Positions 1-12,239 of a stretch of DNA of 64,000 bases are shown here, in pieces. Origin of the DNA: Lama glama (lineage: Eukaryota); assembly GCA_028534125.1 (NCBI GenBank), contig CM052817.1, positions 13,084,001-13,148,000 of the forward strand. Direction: 5' to 3'. Within the stretch, counting starts at the first letter, position 1. Each line of letters begins with the position of its first letter. Under the pieces are notes generated by a model that saw only the letters and a list, made by a program, of their open reading frames with translations, did not search any database and had not been told where the DNA came from. The position numbers and the translations under genes are program-made.

Positions 1-22
1 CTCCGGACTTTCGGATGGATGG
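1..22 (+). other. 3' end of a probable exon (host gene unidentified) followed by a canonical 5' splice site
   Basis: CTCCGGACTTTCGGATGGATGG|GTAAGTGA: intronic +1..+6 is the consensus GTAAGT at 23-28. All three frames are open (LRTFGWM / SGLSDGW / PDFRMDG), there are 2 CpGs, and G-rich runs follow at ~50-82. Too short to identify or to prove coding. Confidence 0.6.
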
Positions 23-611
23 GTAAGTGAATCAGATGAGGATGCTGTTAGGAAGGAGGAAGGGGTGGTGATGGAGGTGAGGAAATAACCCGCAGTGTCC
101 ACTGTAATCAAGCAATTAAGTTTTAATTTTTCGTTTTTTTGGACTGCGGGAATCTTGGAAAAGTTACTATTACAGCAACTTCTAATTTAGGTGCAAAGAA
201 CTGAACCTCTTACCTTTGTTGATTTCTTTGGGCTTTATTTTCACCCATAGGGCTAATAAAACCCACCTTTCAGGTTTTCAAGATGATTAAAAGTAAAATC
301 TGTGTAAGGCTCAGCACGTAGGACAGGCTGGCTTTGAGTAGTTGCACTTGTATTTTCTCGGTCAGAATTTCTTTATTTCATCTTTGTCTCATCTGTCTTC
401 CAGCTTTCCACTTCCAAATATTTACATTATGAATCCACAGAGGGGCCTCATTGCCACGTCTAAGTTAATACACCCGAGAAAAATTCATAAAGGTCTTTTC
501 TTTAACAAAACAGTTTACATTTTATAAAGTGTATAATTGTACCATCTCCCATGACTCTCACAGCAACGCTGTGAGGTATATAGTCAGTTATGCTGTTTAA
601 CACATCTCTTT

Positions 612-750
612 ACCTGCCTCCCCCTCTAAAATGTGAGTTTCTTGAAGACAGAGACTCTGTCTGTTTTCTCGACTGTTGCATCCTCAGCATCCAAATTAGT
701 GCATCACACATGGTAGCTGGGTAGATGCTCAGTTGGTGTTTGTGGAAAGG
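612..750 (+). mobile_element. L2 LINE 3' end fragment
   Basis: aaatgtgagtttcttgaagacagagactctgtctgtttt...cacatggtag...atgctcagttggtgtttgtgga resembles the L2 3' terminus. Confidence 0.65.
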
Positions 751-1099
751 AGAGAGCCTAGGAGGAAGGAGTGAAGGTGACTTCCACTGAGGGAAGGACT
801 CTCTTCCTTCATGGTGTTGCACTGAAGATCCAAGCCCCCAGGCTTGGTGGGCCTGAGTCTTGCATTCCCCCCTCACTCTTCAGCTTCATCCTGCTTCTTT
901 TACCCTCCTTTCTTCTGGCTGCTCAGCTGTATGGACAAATGCGGTTCCCGGGATAATACTTGCTTTTTGCTTCCACAGGGCCTTTGCATATGCAGATTCC
1001 CAAGCCTATTCTTCCGCAGACTCAGGCCCCTGCTGCTTTCCTGTACCCAGTTATTGTCCCCTCGTGGTCCCATAGAAATCCTGGTTCACTTTGTGTAGA

Positions 1100-1350
1100 G
1101 CCCTCATATTCCAGTTCAAACACCCCTTCCACGATGCTCCAGGTTAAATCATCTTCTCTTCACACCTCCCCATACTGTAAGCATATAGTTTGCAAATGCA
1201 TGCCTATCTGTATGGTTATTGTATGAATACTCGTTCTTTACTGGAACTTCTTGAAACCAGGGCCTGGGTTTTTACTGATTATTGTTTCCCTAAAGCCTGG
1301 TGAGTATCTGGCATCTCCTAGGTGCTCAGTAAATGTGTGTTGAGTGATTG
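1100..1350 (+). mobile_element. L2 LINE 3' fragment
   Basis: ctggaacttcttgaaaccagggcctgggtt...ggcatctcctaggtgctcagtaaatgtgtgttgagtga. Confidence 0.6.
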
Positions 1351-1888
1351 CCCCAGGCATTGTCTTGTCAGTCGATTGTCATGTGTTTTCCATAAATGAT
1401 GATTATGATTTATAGAGGAAAGGTTAGTGTTTTGTATTAGTTCCTCATTTTTCCCCCTATATCTTTTCTCACAATAACCTAAATACTGGAAAATTGTAAA
1501 GTCTTCAGGACCAGCCACTGCTTCCCTGCCTCAGATCTGTTTCATCATTTCCTTGTCTTATTTTAGGGTTCAGCATAGAGATTCCCCTCAGTGGGTTTCA
1601 CTCCACTCAAGGCTGGATGATACATCCCTCATCTGAGTGACTGCAGCATGCCGTCCTGTTAACGTAGTTATTACTTCTCTGTTCTTCTCATCTGTCTCTT
1701 GGTCGAGCTGAAAAGTAGACTGAATCTAGTCTAAGATGTTTGCTCTTTCCTCAGAACAGTACTTGGCATAGTACATACCAGAGATACTTTTCCAAATGAC
1801 TGAATGCATATCTTGCACTTGTATGATATTCCCCAGAGAGCAAAATCATTCCCGGAAAAGCATTTAGTAAACAGTTGTAATTTAATTC

Positions 1889-2322
1889 AGTGTCTTCAGG
1901 GTGGCATGTGCATCCTTCAGGGATTGCTTAAAATAATCTCCTTTTAGTGATCTTAAAAATTACAGTGCATGTTGCACATACAAGTACCTGGCTGGGGAGG
2001 AGAATGGGAGATGAAATCCAGCCTGCCTTTGGCTCACTAGGCTGTTTTTGCCCCTGAGATGCCGTCTTTACAATTTTTTCACAGAGATGCTGTACGTGAT
2101 AGTATGGCTCTAGATATAGAGAGAAAATTTTAGAATTTTGTATTTCAATTTTTCTCTCAACTTTGAAAACTCTCTGCTTTGTCTGTATTTTAAATATTCA
2201 TAGTGCAGTGGTACTGGCATACTAATTTATAAATACATGAATAAATTATAAATGGTGGGGATCTATGCTCAAAACCTGTACTGATGATAATACATGATGA
2301 GAGCAATTATGGAGAACTTGGA
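1889..2322 (-). mobile_element. hAT-Charlie DNA transposon relic (MER113-like)
   Basis: cagtgtcttcaggg at one end; actaatttataaatacatgaataaatt...tgctcaaaa...ctgatg...ggagaacttg at the other, similar to the recalled MER113 terminus. Confidence 0.55.
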
Positions 2323-2794
2323 TTTAACTTATAATTCCAGTGTCATGGCAGTTTCCAAGTTGATTTGCAGCTTTTACCTGATGTCATTTTCAGATGCCTT
2401 AAGAAAGGTCAGCCTAGGGTCAGGACATCCTGGCCATCGCCTGCGTCACTTTGCATGTGCGTGTGTGTGTATGTGCGAATTGTGTGTCTCCCTTGCTCCA
2501 GTGATTGTGCCGAAGAAGAGAGTGGATGGACTGTGGCTACAGGGTTTGTCTTCAGGCTTTGATCAGCTCTATCCCAATGCCTTCCTTTTTGGGAAAGCAG
2601 ATAACACTGATTTTAAGACTTATGAGCCGATTCCCTTTTCAGGTGACTATGATGAGCCTTCTCGTCCCCATTTATTCGTGTACTCTAAATCTTTAGATGT
2701 CAAACAACTGCTTCACTTCGTCTCTGCCTCTGGGATATGATATTAATGAATGCCTGGTAGGTTTCTGGACACAAAATAGACAAGCATGCTTGGA

Positions 2795-2985
2795 TTCAGA
2801 ATATCTTAACTGGAATCATGGTCCAGCCACTTTCTAAAGGTGTGATATGGACAAAATAATTAACCACTCTGAGCTTCGGTTTCTTTCTCTGTAAGTTGAA
2901 AATAATGATTGGTTCACAGATTTGTTCTAAGAAATCAGTATAATGCGTAAATATGCCATGAAATAGACACTGCTCATAGACTCTT
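2795..2985 (+). mobile_element. MIR SINE
   Basis: MIR core: gtgtgatatggacaaaataattaaccactctgagcttcggtttctttctctgtaagttgaaaataatga. Confidence 0.75.
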
Positions 2986-3469
2986 TGCATTTTGAGCATG
3001 CTAACTGCAGAATCCTTCTTCATATTTATTAGCAGTGCTAGAATCACAGCTGTTTGCCTGTGAGGTCTGATGTGATGCTTGCTTTAAAATAAAAGTTTTG
3101 TTCCTTCTTTATATTAAACTAGTTAAAGTGTGGCTATTTGGTTAGATGACTGGCTAATGGGTTAATCTGTTTTCTGAAGAAATGACAACCTGCTGGCCTT
3201 TCCTGGGGTCTACTCCAAGCAGCCGTATTTTGGGGTGAGTTGTGGTGCAGTGATGGAGCTTTCATCAGTGCTCTGAATACCATTGAGTCATGGGTGCTAC
3301 TTGGCTCTAGGGGAGTAAAAATCACCTCCAACTGCAGTACCCAGGAAGGCGACAAAGAGATTCCATTTTAAGTGGATTTCTATATTTTCCAAAAGCCTAA
3401 AAGGGAAGAAAGCATCCATATAGAGAGATAACATAAGTTGAAATGGTTAAAAGGTATGTTTATTAAATA

Positions 3470-3830
3470 AGAAAAAATCCTTACGTTTGTGGTACAGGAT
3501 TAAGGAGAGGTAATCGAGAAATATCAAGTGAGACCCTTTGAAAGGCTCTGAAATGCTGGGCTGAAGACTTCATTTGGATTTTATTTGGCAGGGTCATTGG
3601 ATCGAGATAATTTTCTAGGAGGATTATGACCGTAAATTGAAGTAAAGAAAGACTTGAACCCTGGAGACCAGTTGCAGAAATAACGCTGTGGTCCAGCGTC
3701 CTAATTCAGGCTGATACTGTCAGGAAAAAAGAGGGATGTATAAAGAGCTGTGTGCAGTGACATTGCACAGGTGTTGTAGAGCATGATGGTTTTAGATAGA
3801 CAACAAGATTTTTAAAAATTTAAGCGAAGC
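3470..3830 (-). mobile_element. L2 LINE fragment (old)
   Basis: gaaggctctgaaatgctgggctgaagacttcatttggattttattt...ggagaccagttgcagaaataacgctgtggtccagcg, L2-antisense-like. Confidence 0.5.
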
Positions 3831-4104
3831 CTATATAAACAACAAAGAAACCTAATTCCCAAAGCATTTAGATTAATTAAGATACGAATGATCATCAAGT
3901 GACGTTCTTAACCGAGAGCAGTGTGACATAGAATCATGAAAGGAAGAGCACTACTCTTGTTTCAGGATTTGGAACCACTTCTTACCTCTTTTCCTGACAC
4001 ACACACCCTGGTTGCCTTATTCTGTTGTTAGAAGTAGAGGCATCGATGTATCAGCGTGGCTCTCGTTTTCATATCAGAGTGAAAGAACGTATATCCCCAT
4101 GCTG

Positions 4105-4205
4105 GAAAGGACCTTAGAGACTTAAGTGAAGAAACTGGTGCCAGAGATGTTGTGTGACCTGCCCGAGGTTGCCCGGCTTGTGGAGGAGTCTTCGCTGTGG
4201 CTCAA
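4105..4205 (-). mobile_element. MIR SINE fragment
   Basis: gaagaaactggtgccagagatgttgtgtgacctgcccgaggttgcccggcttgtgg (antisense MIR core). Confidence 0.65.
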
Positions 4206-4859
4206 GGGTCCAGGCTCCCCAAGTAGAGAGTCCGTGCTCTCTGGTCTCCCCCTGCTCCAGGAATCCAGATCCTTTTTCCTTCTCTTTTCTTACCATTTCA
4301 CACTGTTTGCATTTTGTTGTTATTCAAAGGTACTTACCTGAAATTCACAGAAATGTACATGCTGCTTATTATTATTATTACTGTCTTCAGAAGGTACCCA
4401 CCTGTTAAGGATGCTATGCTAGGCTCTGTGTTAAGCCAGGTAAATATACACAAAGGCCTTAGCCCCCACTGAGTCTCATATTTAATATACTGGGGTTTGT
4501 AGCCTGAGGCCACTGGAGTAATGTGTAAGTATCCGTTTTCTCCCATAAATTCTCCATTCTCAGATGATTTTTTGCTTTGTTTTGTTTTGAATTCTGGCTG
4601 ATAGTTTGGGTTCTAAGGAAGAGGAAAGAGAAATTCACATGTTGTTTTTCTTTTGCAATATGCTGTATATGGATTTTTAATTTATGCACGTTGACATTCT
4701 TTCTAGAAGAGCTGTTAGTGTACCTTTACCCTAGTTTACAGGTGAGAAAGCTGAAAGTTGACTAGCCTAGCTGCTAAAGAGAAAAACCATGATTGGAATT
4801 CATATCTTCTCTGACCCATAAAATAGGCCATCTCATCTTGAGAAGTGACATCCTAGTAC

Positions 4860-5030
4860 TGACACTGGCAAACTGAAAGACACTCAGAGAAAAACACTGA
4901 GGATGTTAAAAGGCCTGAATGGTGTATCATATGAGAATCAGTTGAAGAAACTTGAGATGTTTGGAAGAAAGAGATAGTCAATCTAAGTGATACTTAACCA
5001 AACTTTCTAAAACATATGAGGTATTATCCT
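4860..5030 (+). mobile_element. L3/CR1 LINE fragment
   Basis: ggcaaactgaaagacactcagaga...ggatgttaaaaggcctgaatggtgtatcatatgagaatcagttgaagaaacttgagatgttt matches the CR1/L3 ORF2 3' motif (..SYEERLKELG..). Confidence 0.7.
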
Positions 5031-6147
5031 CTCAAAGAAGTGTAAACGCTAGATAGCTCAAAAAGACCAGAGTAATTTGGCAACGGAATTGTTTGCCTCA
5101 GAGTCTTTGCAGAGGGCTTGGGGCCAGATACCCGGCGCTGCTCCACTGTTGGAAAGATTGCACAAGAATGTGTCTTAAATGTTTCTCATTTTAATTTTTC
5201 TGTCACTGACTTCCATTTAAAAATGAATTTGATACAAAATGACAATACATACCAGCGATTGACCATAATTTCTCTGAATCAAGGATGACAAGGAGCCCCC
5301 CCACTCTGGAAGGCTCCCTGAGGACCCTCTCTGAAACACTGTGTATGCAGTAATCTTAATTTGAAAATCCCTGGGGTAAATAATTTCTGATTTCCATTTG
5401 AATGGCAGCATATTAATTTAACTTTAATTTAGAACAAGGTCAGTTTGTGTGATCGATTCCTGATTTGTACATGACTTTTGGGGGAAATTCTCACATAGAT
5501 TTGTACTTGAGCAGAAAATATGTCAGTATCTTAATAGCTAGTCAATGCAACTCACTATATTCATTGCCAATTAAATCCAGTCCTCACTCTACCCACCTTG
5601 AAAGGTATTTGAGCTGCCTCAGAAGCTATTTAACCCAATAAAATGAAATAGAACAAAATGAAATCTTGTATTATTTTCAGGATTTTAAAAAGGTGTCTTA
5701 GAACATTCTGTACTCAGTGATCTTTTTCTTCTAAAAATCTTAAATCTATGCTCAGTGAGAAGGTGTAATTATAAGTAAATCTACCTAAATTTATAGGCTT
5801 GATTTTTCTTAACAGACCACTTTTGAAAAGAAAGTAAGATGGAGAGTAAGGAAGGACAGATATTATTAAATAAAGTGTTAGAAGAGTTACATGCTCAAAT
5901 TATTATGTTCTTTGATACAGAATGTTCTAGAGTAAACTACATTTTCACTTTATTTGTATGGTGGTCTGTGTCATACTTGGAATCTATCCAGTCTAAGAAA
6001 ATGTCTAGGAAACAGTGGTACGTTCAAACAAGTTTTCTACTGATTGTTGTCCACTGACCTTTCACATACTGTAGATGTTCTAGAAATACTAGCAACCCAA
6101 ACAACTGTCCATGAATTACCTCTTATTATGCTTATGAGGACAGACTG

Positions 6148-6247
6148 NNNNNNNNNNNNNNNNNNNNNNNNNNNNNNNNNNNNNNNNNNNNNNNNNNNNN
6201 NNNNNNNNNNNNNNNNNNNNNNNNNNNNNNNNNNNNNNNNNNNNNNN
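6148..6247. other. Assembly gap (100 N, size probably unknown)
   Basis: Exactly 100 consecutive N. Confidence 0.99.
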
Positions 6248-9200
6248 GCTAACGCAAAGGTGACAGCTCAGCGTGTATACACAGCATTATATTATGTGCA
6301 ATCAGAAGCTCTTGTAATTGTCCTTGAAAGCAGTTTGCTGTTAATATATCTTGATTTTCAGAGTGTCACTTTTTTTTCCCTTGGATCAAGGCTTTCTTTC
6401 GCTGCTTCTTTACATATAGTTTTCTTAATTCTATGCATTTCTTAACTGTGTTTTTTAGTTCTCATTTAAGAAAAAAATCCTCATTACTGCCTGCTTTGAT
6501 AAAAGATTTTGAAGTAGTTAAATTTTATTATGATCCTTTTAAAATGGTTCACATTTTTTGTAATAAATTCAAAAGTGTAAGATTTATCTGAAGTAAAACT
6601 TTATGTTTTCCTGATTTTTCAAGTTTGGAAAAAATTCTTCTCTTTGTAACATTTTTATATTTCTAAAGTGTTCAAGTGATTGCCTCAGAGTTTGGAGACA
6701 AAATAGTCTTTTTTTTTTTTTCCTTCTTGTACTTGAATGCTAAGAACTTGGATGTTTTAAATGAGCTATTTGCCAGCAGATGACGATTCATTCCAGATAA
6801 AAGAGAAACCAAGGACAGTAGAATCTGTGTTTGCTAACCAGCAAAATCTGGAAAATCGCATTTTTGAGATTCCCCAGGCAAAACTGTTGATCTAAGAAAT
6901 GTCAGTAGGACTCACTGAAGTAGGGTAGGGTGAATATGGTGGACTTAGGTCAAGGTTGCTAGAGATTTAGTGTGTATTCTTATTGCTAATGTTTAAAATC
7001 CCATAGGGTTTTTGCAAACAAAAATTATATACCTGTGTAAATCATGGAATTTTCATTCCTCTGCCAGATTGTGAAGGAAAAGTGGGAGGTAAATAAAAAA
7101 AGGTCAACATGAATTGACTCCAAGTCAACTGTAATCTATATCCTGTCTTGCTAATACATCTCATAACAAAAATGTTTTGTATCAGTATATTCCAAATGTT
7201 TGTAAGTTATTTAGAACTTGGAACATGTTTTCCCATAGAAACAATGTTGTAAATATTGGTTCAGTTCCCAGGCCAGTACATCCAGCCTATTTAATCCATA
7301 TGTATCTAAGATACAGTACCAATGTTTGCTGGAGTCCTGGGTCCTAAAGGCGTATGTGCAGAAAAGAGTGCCATGATGGGCATTTTCTCTCAACTTTTTC
7401 AGAGGCCATATGGTCCCATAGGAGTTTTCAGGAGAAACTATTTTTGGTATTCGTCCCCGTGGTCTCCTTATTCAGTGTCCCAGAGTCCTCCTGTGAATTT
7501 ATACTAAGGCAGGGACCACAAGGTGTGATCTCAGCTGACCTTTCAAAGGAAAGCAATCAGCTTTGCTGTACGTAATGGCATTTTCACATTTTTTATTGTT
7601 CTGGACTTTTTGATAAGGCCTATTAATCTCAACTTTCTAAATGACCAGATTTTAAGAAAAATAAGATAAAGTTAAAAAAATTATAAAGTATGAAAAAAGA
7701 CAACTGGGGTATGACAGAGACGTCTTCATATGTTGCTGGGTACTTAAGGTCTTAGTGCTTCGTTGTGATTTTTAATTGCTTTCCATTTTGTCCGCCCTTG
7801 AAAATGCCTCATTTCTGTCAAAACTTAGTAGTTTTTACGGTAGCCCTCAGAGCCTTTGTCGAGGTGAGCCAATGTCAGGGGGAGGTTGGTATAAAATCTT
7901 AGTTTACAAATTGAGGAACTGTAACTTATCACATTATTTTTCAATGATGTAAAATTGCTATTATTCACAGTTGTAATTTTACATTTATTTTAGTGGCTTT
8001 GTGAAATGGGTTTTCCCCACTATCCTACATTCAAAAGCTAGAAGGGATTTTATCGTTTTTGTTCTCTTTGCTCTGTATTAATTCCCACTTCTGCCCCTCC
8101 GTTTGTTCCCAGGCACACCTGCTGGGGCAGGCAGGTTAAAGACAGCCCACCCAATGGCTGAATCATAACAGCCATTCTCAAGGCATGTAGGTGTTTCTTA
8201 AGAGATGTAAGCCTCTGCATTGCTTTGAGCAGTAAGAACATACACACTTGAAAAAAAATGCTTTCTAATACATATATGTATCAACAAGGGTAAAAACAGA
8301 TTTTATTACCAGAACATTATTTCAGGTAACAATTTTAGTAAGGAGAGATTGTTTTATTTTCTTGTGTGTTTAGTTCAAAGGTTGATGACATACGTTTTTT
8401 AGATGACAGAAGAAGACAATAACATTCATGAAATTATACACCTCATTTGTGCATTTTATTTCACTAAGTTGAAAATTGATTCCAGTTTTCTTCAGTAAGA
8501 ATATGCTGATTTTCATGGTATCTTTTTATCCAGAAGAAAATAAAAATAATTAAGTAAAATTTATAAAATCTTAGATATCCAGTGTGCTTGTCGGTCTTCG
8601 ATTTTGTTTACATTGTTCATTTTTATTTTTTTTTTAAAGATATGATATGTGATCGTCAAAAATGTGGACTTTTCAGGCCCAACAGGGGGAGCCAATTCCA
8701 TATTCTACGGAGGTTGCTTGGCATTATTGCTGTTACCCATTTGTCAAAGCCAAAAATACTTCCTTTAGCTCCCCTTGCCCATCTGCAGGACTGCATAACA
8801 GATAATCAGTAAAAAATGATGCAGTATTTTGTACTAATTATCTTAGTCCGTAATTCTAAATTTATTAATCTAAAATGGTCATGCCTAGAAAAGTTTGAAA
8901 TAAAATGTCTATTTTCAGGTGTATGATATTTTTATTCAAGGTAAAGGTAATCTTACAATTTTTTCACAGTAAAAATTAATGTAGAAAATATAGAACATTT
9001 TAATACTTACAAAAACCCTTTAGATACAGCACATTATGATTAGGTTAATAAAGATGGGTAATATCTTTTCTGCTTTTTAAACTAATCAAATTTATAAAAT
9101 AATTAAAGCCATACAAGTCTATTATATGGATTTATTTTTAAAAAACCACATATCTTGCTTTCTTTAAAATAATGTTTTTTGACAAAGTTCAAGGTACCAC

Positions 9201-9919
9201 AATGAATCATTTAGGGTGGTACTGAATTTCCATAATTGTTTGGTTCTGTGTTCTATTCTTGAGAAAGAAAGTGGAATGGTTTTACGTATTTGTACTGCTT
9301 AGGCTAGATTGAGTCATAAGACATGCTCAGAGATTAGAAAACTTTTCAGTCTGATTGTAACAAAAGGCATGGAATTGTATTGTGCAAGGGCATTGTTTTC
9401 ACCATTTAGAATACACATTATTTCATAAGTTTCTGTGCCATATTTTTTGAAATCTTCATTTGTTAGCTAGCTACATGTACATGTATGTCCAAGGTTATAA
9501 CATATGATGAATATATTCAAGTTGTCTCACATTTAGATGCCTGCAAGCACACATATACACATACAAATACATATCCTTTGTGTTTTCACCTGTAGTAAAA
9601 CTTTGGTCTTCGTTCTCCTGTGTATTCAGTGACTGACAGTGATGGATGTATATTATGTACTAAACACCTAATTAATGATTAATTGCTTATTTTAAATTTC
9701 AGTGGAAATAAATCTCCAGCATATTGATTGGTTCTACCAAAAGAGGAAATATATGTATTTTTTTTCCTTTATGAAACTCTTTCTTTATCCTTTGTTTTTT
9801 TCTTTGTACTTAGTTTCTGTGGTGCTTAGAGCTTCATTGGTAAATCATCATGCTACTAGGAGCCTAAAATAGAAAGACTTAGTGAATTTGCAGTTTAAAA
9901 AAAATTGAATCTGCTACAT

Positions 9920-10160
9920 ACAATTTTCTGATTAAAAGATTAATCTCATTAGTCTTTGGTTTCCCTCAACATATACTACAGTGTTTGCCACGTAGTACAT
10001 AGTTTGTGAAAATGTGGGTGAATGAATGAATGAATAAATGAGTGGGTGAATTCTTCCTGGCTATGGGACCTCAGTCAGTATATTTATCTGCTTTCTCATA
10101 TTTGAAATGAGATACTCACTCCCTTGTTTGTTCACAAGTTTGTTGGGATACCTCCAAAAA
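9920..10160 (+). mobile_element. L2 3' end with (TGAA)n tail followed by a MIR fragment
   Basis: gccacgtagtacatagtttgtgaaaatgtgggtgaatgaatgaatgaataaatga, then ctatgggacctcagtcag...tttctcatatttgaaatgaga. Confidence 0.55.
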
Positions 10161-11329
10161 TTATAAATATTGTATAGTTACGAACTTAGGAATAATGATT
10201 AACAGTATGCTTTTATAATTGAGAATATTGGTTATTTTGGATGTATTTCTGTTACAGTCTTAAGAAAATTTCAATATAAGAATGTCTTTTATTTTGTAGT
10301 GTGGCAGTGAATCATGCATATAGGAATGGCCAAGTAGATTCACATTTGCTGAAGGGAGATCCCTGTTATATCCAATTATCCTTTAGTTCTTCACTCCTCA
10401 GAATGTCATTTTGCCCCAGTAGCCACACATTGATGGGGCATGCTAACTCTTTTTTTGTGTCTGCTACTTATGTAACATTAGTTCCAGACTCTCTACTTTC
10501 AAGTGAAGTGCTAGGTAGTTAAATCCTCATGTCATGAATTCTAATTCCCTAGTAGAGCTAAGGAAGAGAACTCTATTGAAACATGTCCCAAATAACATTT
10601 CTTTTAAAGTGATGAGAGTATTTTGATTAATGAAATATTAGTAGGGATGATGTAGTTTCATTTGTAAATAAGCCCTGAGATTTAAAAAAAAAATTGTTAA
10701 AGAAGACTATTTTAGAATAATCCTGTCCCTCATGACAGAAGTTGTCCTGACAACAGTACCATTTATAATTAGAAATGATGAATATTTTATTTCTCAAAGG
10801 AAAATTCTCCCTCAGTATGCATGACAGTGATTGGGCTAAATGTTCAGCAGGCTCAATCATTTCTAATGCAAAAAAAAAGATACACTGGATATCAACTTTT
10901 GGGCTCAGTAATTCCAAGGCTTTACAGTTCAGCTTAAGGAAAGGTTTTTCATATGCATATTCATATCTGTATTCCGTGAGGTAAGAAAAGGAGATATTAT
11001 TGACCTCATTTTACAGAAAGTTTCATGTGTAATAAGTGGCAAAAATAGAACTAGAGAAATGCAGAATAGTTTTTTTTTTCCTTTTCATCATTTTGCCAAA
11101 GGTGCAGAAGCACATGACACATTTCAGCCTTGTGCTTTCACTTGTATCGTAGTCTATTTTTTCTGTTCTAGAATTCATATCTTTTCAATTTGTAAAATTT
11201 TATTCTGAAGGACATGAATGAAGACTTAGCTCAAATTAAAATATCTACTGCAAACATCAGCCTTTTTATCGAATGTTCAAGGTTTAAGTAAATGACTATT
11301 CACATTAAAAGGCAAGTTTCAAACTTCAT

Positions 11330-11670
11330 TTTGTGCAGTCATTTGTTGCATCAGCGATCAGACGTTTATCCAGTGCCTACGACATGCCAGGCCATGTGGA
11401 ATGTTCAGGTTACGTAGAACGGAGTCCCTAATGGAGGGATGGAAGGACACACCAAACAAAGCAGAGGCCACCGTGCATTGCATTGGAATTGCTGTGTGAT
11501 GTCAAGGATGGCATGTACATTCCAGAAGGGAACCACTTTGTGCAAGGAGGTTAAGCTGGGGCTGTAAAACCCACTAGTGTGGTGAGAGTGTGAGAGACAA
11601 GAGCAAGTGATGGAGAATAAGGTGGAATGTTAAAGGGGGGGTCTGACGCTAGAAGGCCTTGTGTTTTTAA
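11330..11670 (-). mobile_element. L2 LINE fragment
   Basis: acgtttatccagtgcctacgacatgccaggccatgtg...ggagtccctaatggag. Confidence 0.6.
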
Positions 11671-12239
11671 AGCAAACATTTATCATCCAAGAAGGTCTAT
11701 TACCGTGAACTCATGGCTTATTGAATTACACAATTTTGTATCTGATTACGTGTGATATGGAGCTTGCAAGATACAAATTCACATTATGTCATCATCTATA
11801 TGACTATGTTAAAAGTCTATTCACTTATTGAAATCTTATAACAGCATTACAGTTGAAGTTTACTATGAGGTACATTTTATCATTAATTCAAATATTAGAG
11901 AGACTTACGAAAAATTCAGTGGATGTAGCCTGGTGATAAATTTTAAACAGAGGTAGTGTTATATGGAATATTTTAGTTTTATAATGTGTAAGAGTTACTT
12001 TTAATACATAATCACTGTTTGGATTGTATTCATAAGAATGCAGAGTTTCATTCAGAGATGTTCAGTGGCCTGATTTAGAGAATTTACCTTTATCTTATCA
12101 GCACCCTTGGAACTCAGACATTTTGCTTGTTTCAAGGTATTGAAACAAGGATTGAACCAAACTGTAGTGGTTCTTTATGTTTACATTTCATTTATTTATT
12201 TTTCACAGAGGAGAAATGTCTTTATTTTTTATTCTTTAA

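Noticed and set aside
2294..2740. Longest ORF (148 aa, + strand)
   Set aside because: Starts in a MER113-like relic, crosses a (TG)n tract (ACACVCMC), and shows no recognisable domain or exon boundaries
6044..6445. 133-aa ORF
   Set aside because: Artefact of reading through the 100-N gap
10975..10990. Strong donor GAG|GTAAGA
   Set aside because: Lies in an antisense MIR motif (gtgaggta...attattgacctcattttacag) with no matching acceptor
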